Source: Balanoglossus misakiensis
Lineage: Eukaryota > Animalia > Hemichordata
Direction: 5' to 3'
Length of the DNA: 64,000 bases
Assembly (NCBI GenBank): GCA_040954595.2
Contig: CM082578.2
Coordinates: forward strand, 13,546,304-13,610,303
Position numbers and translations under genes: made by a program. Positions within the stretch are counted from its first letter, which is position 1. Each line of letters opens with the position of its first letter. The notes beneath the pieces were generated by a model, which was given only the letters and a program-made list of their open reading frames with translations, was not told where the DNA came from and made no database searches. Of this stretch, positions 57,801 to 64,000 are shown piece after piece.

Positions 57801-60800
57801 AATGTACATACACAGGCCCAAGAGATTGATTATGGAGTGATTCCTGTAAGTAGACTAGTCACTAACAAATTTATAGTGTAAGAAATAAGTATGGATCAGC
57901 GTTCAACAGTATTTTATTTTATTTAATGCATGAAGATAACTCTAGCATTGTCTGTTTTCTGTTCAAAATAAACTTAATAACAGCATACTTCAGTCATCTT
58001 CTTCTTATTTCAAATTTGTTCAATCAACAATAAAATCCATTCAACAGGTTATCACTCCTGTTATGATTTACTTTCATCAAAATATTGTCAACTGATTTAC
58101 TCTAACTTGTTTTTGTTTCCTTATGAGGGTCTTTGCATTAACCATTTCTTAAAGCCACTGTGAAGTCCCATTTACTTTATCCAGAGTAATCACATTGGCC
58201 TTTGTCAGTTTGTGTGTTAAGATTTCTAGTGTCGAATCCTCTAAGGAACACAACCATTGTCAACAATTGCAAATTGACAAAATGTGACAAAATTAACCTG
58301 TAAATGTCTATTTCTTGAAAGAAAAACGTGTACTAACTCTGTTACTTTTAAGTTTGTGTTTATGATAAATGATATTGTTTTCTAATTTCATCTGTTTGTG
58401 ATATTGTTTCACACAGATTTTTTTGATGTAGTATGTATACATCCAATAATGCAGCAGGTTCAACTTATGTCAGTAACCTGACTGTTACCGTGACCATAAC
58501 GCATAATATTTGACCCTATACAAGTCATGACATTGAAATTTGAAACACTCAAATACATACCGTTAAAGTATTCCTGACTTACAGAACATTTCAAGGGAGC
58601 TGTGCTTTTGTCCTTTTATCTTTTATTTTAATGTTGATTTGTCATTCAAACAATATTTCAGGATATTGTTTCCTTGCTGGAAGACCAATTGAAACCTCTG
58701 GTGCAAGCTGAACTGTCTGTCTTGGTGGATGTCTTGCATCGTCCAGAGTTGTTGTTCCCTCAAAACACAGAGGCAAGGAACAAGTGTGAAAGTGGTGGCT
58801 TCATATCAAAGTGAGTGACAACTCAACGTCTTCTCTCAAGACCTGTATACGGTAGACGAATCGCGAGAATCACAAAATGAGACAAAATGTTTACTATTAA
58901 ATCACCACAATGGAACAAATTTTGACAGTTGTGGATAAAAATTTGTTTTAATGGTTTCATGAAGACACTAGCATCTGTGTTTTTTTAATTACACTACAGA
59001 TTGATCAAACACACAGAGAGGTTACTTGAAGAGAAAGAAGAAAAGCTTTGCATTAAAGTATTGCAGACATTGAAAGAAATGATGACAGTTGATATAGAGT
59101 ACAGTGAGAAGGTGAGTAGAGTGGGATATGAACCCTTCTTTGGTCATTGCTATCATTACCAGACTGTACACTAGTGCATGCATGTGATGTCATTGTGTGA
59201 TCTCTCCAGGAATTGTGTTGACATCATTCAAGTTATAACATTATGTATAAGAAAAAGAAAAAACTAGTAATTGTGGCCACAAACAGTTGTGTCTCACAGT
59301 AACACTTTGTGTGTATAAATATAGTGGAATAACTAGGTAATTTGTCCATCACAGTTTGTCCTTCATCGGTTTCCGTGTTTTTCATCTTAACCCTTTCACC
59401 CCCAGTTCCCTCTTTAGAGGTCCAACCTTACCATAGAAAACAATGAGTTTGGACTGAACCATGGTGGTGAAAGGGTTAAACTTGCACTCATCATTTTCAC
59501 ATTCCCAACGGTGTGTCTTTCTACCCTACTAAGTTCTGTTCAAACCCATGTTCATGTGAGTGACTGCAAGTTTCCTCCAAAGTGCATTACATGTGATGAT
59601 ATGTATGTATTTGTCTCTCTGTGTCTTTGTGTCATTTCTTCTAATCCCTGCTAATACATCTGCTTTTACTTACTCATGCTCTCCTCTCATTGCCATGGAA
59701 ACAAAAGGTTACTGAAATTCAGAATTTAACCAAGAAACAACAGGAGGATGCAAAGAGGGTAAGGTTGTCATGGCAACACTAGCAAAACTGCAATAAGAGG
59801 CATTTTTGTTATTCACGCGAGCTGTTAATTAACTGTGCACCAGGAATAAGTAGTCTGTGTTTAACATTGTCATAACTTTATTCTTTGAATGTGTAATGTA
59901 CTTTTCATATATGTTATTAAGTTTAACTGCTTTTATTTGCATATGGCTGCCAGCTGTAGTTTTGTGCCTGCCTCTACAGCCAAGATAATTATCTCAGTTT
60001 TTTAGGCTTTATTGAATCTTGTATAATTGCATTTAAATTGCTCAGATATAATATTACTAGTTGTGCGTATGGGGAGGGATACTCGGAGATTTTCCTCTAT
60101 TCAGGTGCTGCCATCTTCTGGCAGGAGATTCTTGTTTTTTTTCAATTCATCTTGTGGTGTTTAATTGTAATCATGCTTATGGACTTGAAAATGGAAATTC
60201 ATAGTACATGTCTTGCTGGTAACTTTGTAATATATGGAATGTTGAGAGTCAAAATGTGTAAATGATCCTATCAGAAATGACTGCTTCATGCAAAAACTAT
60301 TTTCCAAATCGAGGCTTCAGAATGAAGAAATATAGACCTTTTAAATAACACATTGATGACTGAAACATCTTGAAAGCATGCATTTTTACTCATAGCCTAT
60401 TGTACATTGGAAACCTGACTGTATACTTTGAATGTTGATACTTTGCATAAGACAGTGGATTTATTGAATTTTGAAAAAAAAATCTAGTTTTACTTGTATT
60501 TTTTTATTGCAAGGATATACATGTGCAGGCTGTGTTAACAAGCAGAATATATGATATTTTTCCATGGTATAGAGAGTAGCATCTTCATTGTCAGGATGTA
60601 ATGTTTTGTGTTGTTGTTGCACTGCGTCTTTCCTTGCAGGGAGAAAATCTGCGACAGAGTCTGCTGTTCAGGTACTATGGCAAGTCACATCCTAGATACA
60701 GAAGAGAGAGCACCAGCGGTGTAGTGCAGCTCAAACAGGGAATTGTAAACAGTGGCCCTGGTTCGGTGGTCTTGAGTCGGGCTGAGATGACCCTGGCTGA

Positions 60801-63799
60801 AGTCCAGTGTCAGTTAGACCAGCAAGGAGCTTCTGACCTCATCATTGACCTGATCATGAAGAATACCAGTCACCGTGTGTTCTTGGAAAGTGTCGAATTG
60901 GGTATAGCCCTATTGGAAGGTGGAAACAGTGTCATTCAGGTTAGTTAAAAGCTGGTTTTATTTGAGTAATGTGTGTGGCATGTGACTCTAAAATCTGCAG
61001 TACATGAAAGATCAGAGCCACATAGAATTATTTCATTGTGCTGCCTATACCGGTACAAACCTTCCATCAACAAAAAATCATGTCTGCTATAGCCCTCTAG
61101 TCAAAGTTAAGGGAGTCTATCCCCCTCTCCCAGTCAATCCTTGAGTACATCTGTGAGTAAAGGAATCTATTGATACATGTATGTGTTCACACCTATTAAC
61201 CAACATCTTACTGGCCTACATTCTAACTTAGGTAAAATTCTTCTCTCTACCCAGAAATCCGTTTTCAGTCGACTAACAATCGACAAGAAGTCTGAGAAGT
61301 TTTTCAAGGTGTTCTTTGACCGAATGACAGATGCACAGACAGAAATCAAAGCCACTGTGACAGTGAACACAGGTGATAGTTCTGGCAGCAGATTGAATGA
61401 TGATAAAGACAGTAAAGACTCCAGAGCCAAAAAAGGTTAGTCTAAGTTTATTTTGATCATTGGGGGGCGCTGTTTGCACTTTGCTTACATGCTCAAAATA
61501 ATGTTAAACAGAGCAAGACTGTTAATGTTGAACTCTGCATGTTGGTTGAATTTTTTCAAGTGAAGTTGGAGAAACTTGGTGTGAGACTTGAAACTACCCC
61601 CATCTTGAATGAATCTGGAATGCGGAGTTATATTTAAATTGACTGTACCTATCCCCTGGCTGAGCCTTGTCGCTGGATGCAGAACAATAGTCAAACCATT
61701 TTGAATGCATGTTTTGTTTTGTTTTAAATCTTGCAAAGTTTTAGATTCAATTCATCTTTTTCAACATTTTCCTGAAACTGTCTTCTTTGAATTATTTCAA
61801 TTTCTGTATTTTTCATTTTTAAAGCACAATCTTTTTACAATACATTGAGTCTTCTTGTTCATACCTGTCTTTGCTGCTGTCGCCTTTCTGTCTGTCACTA
61901 CCAGCATCTCTAGGTTTCTTTTCTGTTTTGTTTTTTTATCTTTTGTTTCTTGTGGACCACAGAGGAAATGCAGACAAGGGAGGTGAATGAGAGAGGTAGC
62001 TAGAAAGTAACAAGTGTCATTTCTCCACTTTAAGAACCTGCAAATATCACGTTAGATTTTAGTCATTTCACACCATGTATAAACGTATAATTGTGTTTGT
62101 AAATACCTTACAATGACACCCTCACTCATGCCTTTTCTGTTTGTAATAATACATTGTTGTAGTAGTCCAGGTTTTGTAAGTATTATCTTTGCCCACTGTG
62201 TAGCAATCAGTCAGAAATGTTCCAACAGTTCATCTTTGCAGCTGTAATCAAGAAATCTCCGTAAATCACCAAAATACAACTCTTCTCTTGAGTTCGAAAT
62301 TTGCCATAGCTGAAGGTGGTGGGGCAAGGCTTTGATAGAAGTTGTTGAGCACTCTGCTGTAATAACATTACACATGCAACTGTCATCTTCAAATAATTCT
62401 CTCTTGAAAATAAAACAAGTATTAGAAATGATGGGAAGATACAGTGATGCAGATGATACCCATTTTGGGCTGGAATTGTGAAAAGTTTGGGGAAGAAACA
62501 TTTTGACATTTACATAATTTTGACACTTGATTTTGCCAATGGATTGGATTATGCTTTAGGAATTCAATTTTATTTCTATGATACAACTGAAGGTCAGGTT
62601 GCATGTGTAATATTGTGATTTCATAAATTGCTCCCCTTGTAATTTGAAGTCAGTCCTTTACTCTTTGTGTATAAGGCATTAGCCTGTTTGCATTTGCTCC
62701 TATTTATTATAATTGATAGTCTTAAATTGAAGTAGAAGATAAAAAAATATGTACCTTCATGTAATTCTTGCTTTGAGTGGCTCTTGCTTCAACGTATTCA
62801 TAGAGGCATAGTTAATGAATAAAGTAAAAGGAATAAATGATGTTGTTTTCACATACATGCATGTGTTTTATCTTTGGATAAATGTGACCATATGCATATG
62901 TGTGAAAATTCTGCCCAAGAATTCCACTTTAACCCTTTCGCCACCATGGTTCAGTCCGAACCCATTGTTTTCTATGGTAAGGTTGGACCTCTAAAGAAGG
63001 AACTGGGGGTGAAAGTGTTAATTAATGTCACTTCGTGCTAAAGGGACTGTTTTCTCTTTCCAGTCCGTCTGCTGGCCAACGGGGGAATCAGTGATGAGCT
63101 GAAAGACCAGCTAGCTGATGCAGCCATGCACACAAACAAAGCCTATGATGCGGTCCGCAGAGGACGAGATCATCATGATGACCTACGTGACCATGGCAAC
63201 GCCTCCTCCAGCTTTGATGCCCTTGGAGGAAATGATAACAAAGACGATGACCGAGGGATGAGTCCAGAAATTGTTGTCATGCAACCGATACTCAGATTCT
63301 TGCAACTTTTGTGTGAGAATCACAATAGAGACTTGCAAGTGAGTAAATGAAGTCTGTCAACTTCTATCGAGACTGCTAGAGCCTGTTTGTGTCATGCAAT
63401 CAGCTGTTCCTCTAGTGATAAAAATATGGTGTGTTGTTTGCTGCTACACTTCACAGATTGCTACGCTCCTCATTCAGAATTTTGAAGGTGACACTAATTT
63501 TTATTCTCAACAGAAGAGTCCCATTATCATAAAACAAACTTATAGCTTCTCCTGTACCTGGTTTCTCTATTTTCTCTATCTCTATTTCTCTCTAACAGAA
63601 CTACTTAAGAAGTCAAAACAATAAAGCCAATTACAACCTCGTTTGTGAGACGCTGCAGTTCCTGGATTGCATATGTGGAAGCACAACGGGTGGACTGGGT
63701 CTGCTTGGACTTTACATCAATGAATTCAATGTAGCATTGATCAACCAGACCTTGGAAAGTCTGACTGAGTACTGTCAGGGTCCTTGCCACGATAACCAG
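18042..63799 (+). CDS. ITPR1: Inositol 1,4,5-trisphosphate receptor (5' part, about 2037 codons; continues beyond right edge)
   Basis: 39 frame-consistent exons: 18042-18133, 18325-18395, 19006-19121, 34302-34388, 35014-35172, 35668-35766, 36584-36667, 38081-38227, 38664-38759, 38918-39078, 39236-39335, 39589-39749, 39955-40096, 40338-40496, 40732-40904, 44037-44156, 44333-44536, 44696-44947, 47286-47442, 47690-47849, 50155-50363, 50653-50834, 50983-51148, 51428-51652, 52092-52193, 52912-53049, 53284-53409, 53574-53774, 54203-54454, 54594-54719, 54947-55075, 55301-55421, 56830-57005, 58662-58810, 59000-59111, 60640-60939, 61255-61435, 63064-63338, 63599-63799. Hallmarks: [32 protein letters not shown]3-binding segments [24 protein letters not shown] and [36 protein letters not shown]. 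Probably the single invertebrate ITPR, co-orthologous to ITPR1-3. Confidence 0.97.
18710..18873 (+). repeat. (GAT)n microsatellite in ITPR intron 2
   Basis: Two long GAT tracts separated by a short interrupted segment at about 18790-18810. Confidence 0.97.
19284..19434. mobile_element. MITE (about 150 bp) with about 21-bp terminal inverted repeats
   Basis: CATAGACCACTTCGCGGATAG ... CTATCCGCGAAGTGGTCCATG (one mismatch); internal inverted pair TTTGCGTTC/GAACGCAAA; CpG-rich, non-coding. Confidence 0.75.
23298..23352 (+). repeat. Intronic direct repeat (about 55 bp), copy 1
   Basis: GAATACTGAAGATGTTGGCCCTTTGGATA..TTTGACCCTATTT.CTTGTCTT recurs at 26637-26696. Confidence 0.8.
26637..26696 (+). 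repeat. Intronic direct repeat (about 55 bp), copy 2
   Basis: Near-identical to 23298-23352 with a small indel. Confidence 0.8.
42504..42545 (+). CDS. Candidate 42-nt ITPR cassette exon (R)[13 protein letters not shown]
   Basis: Acceptor ttcatctgtttcag, donor gtgtga, phase 2-2, stop-free in the ITPR frame. Confidence 0.4.
46970..47062 (+). mobile_element. piggyBac-like MITE (93 bp including TTAA ends), copy 1
   Basis: CCTTTCACCACCATGGTTCAGTCC...GGTGAAAGGGTTAA; left end slightly degraded; matches copies at 59387 and 62929. Confidence 0.8.
48292..48306 (+). CDS. Candidate 15-nt ITPR microexon (A)PQKT at the SIII-equivalent position
   Basis: cag|CGCCTCAGAAAACAG|gtgtag, phase 1-1, preceded by a long CT-rich tract (about 48190-48262) and TGC motifs. 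Confidence 0.5.
48329..48377 (+). repeat. Three tandem 16-bp units AT(G/T)CTGTCCTGCATTT
   Basis: Directly visible just downstream of the candidate microexon. Confidence 0.85.
50508..50586 (+). repeat. Duplicate of the ITPR exon 21 3' end and splice donor (50344-50418)
   Basis: AGATTAT(T/C)CAGATTTTACAGGTAAAA.GG.ATTCTGCTGGGTT...GTGTGTGTCTGGGTA occurs twice, 164 bp apart. Confidence 0.85.
59387..59479 (-). mobile_element. piggyBac-like MITE, copy 2 (opposite orientation)
   Basis: TTAACCCTTTCACC ... GGTGAAAGGGTTAA perfect terminal inverted repeats with TTAA ends. Confidence 0.85.
59708..59758 (+). CDS. Candidate 51-nt ITPR cassette exon [17 protein letters not shown] at the SII-equivalent position
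   Basis: Long pyrimidine tract upstream, aag acceptor, strong donor AGG|gtaagg, phase 0-0, lies between ...EYSEK and GENLRQ. Confidence 0.65.
61963..61995 (+). CDS. Candidate 33-nt ITPR cassette exon (E)[10 protein letters not shown]
   Basis: Very long T-rich tract then cacag acceptor; purine-rich 33-nt block; donor gtagct; phase 1-1, stop-free. Confidence 0.5.
62929..63021 (+). mobile_element. piggyBac-like MITE, copy 3
   Basis: TTAACCCTTTCGCC ... GGTGAAAGTGTTAA; same internal sequence as copies 1 and 2. Confidence 0.82.
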
Positions 63800-64000
63800 G
63801 TATGCTTTGAAGATAAATGTTTTTTGTCCTTCATGGTAGTTGTTTGGGCTGCTAAGTTAAGATGGAGTCTTTCCTGATCATTTTAATCATACAACGGTTG
63901 GAGTGTATTAAAGCATAGAAAATCAGTGATGTTCATCTGTCAAAGAACAACGATTAGACTTAAACCTTTGTAGCAAATGTTTCTGTTCAACTTATGCACA

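Noticed and set aside
62207-62509. Overlapping - strand ORFs of 96-100 aa in an ITPR intron
   Set aside because: No recognisable domain or splice support; the + strand reading in the ITPR frame hits a stop.

Overview
Eukaryotic (animal) genomic DNA: AT-rich with GT-AG spliceosomal introns, most likely an invertebrate deuterostome. A hemichordate is a guess from the repeated dystroglycan module and is inference only. Six protein-coding genes were assembled by hand with frame-consistent splice sites: (1) a dystroglycan-like gene on the - strand that runs off the left edge; (2) a SETMAR-type pre-SET/SET/post-SET methyltransferase (+) without a transposase; (3) an unnamed 4-exon gene (-) encoding a 414-aa degenerate HAD-like + type I phosphoribosyltransferase (PRTase) fusion that looks bacterial, reminiscent of ShosT-type antiphage toxins; (4) an intronless METAP1 (+); (5) SUMF1 (-); (6) an IP3 receptor (ITPR, +) with 39 core coding exons (about 2037 codons) that runs off the right edge. 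SETMAR(+)-SUMF1(-)-ITPR(+) reproduces the human 3p26 order and orientation, interrupted here by the HAD-PRTase/METAP1 head-to-head pair. Also seen: candidate ITPR cassette exons at the vertebrate SII and SIII positions, two MITE families, a SUMF1 exon fragment copied between inverted repeats, a (GAT)n microsatellite and many RFX X-box-like motifs. All homology calls are from motif recognition; no searches were run.
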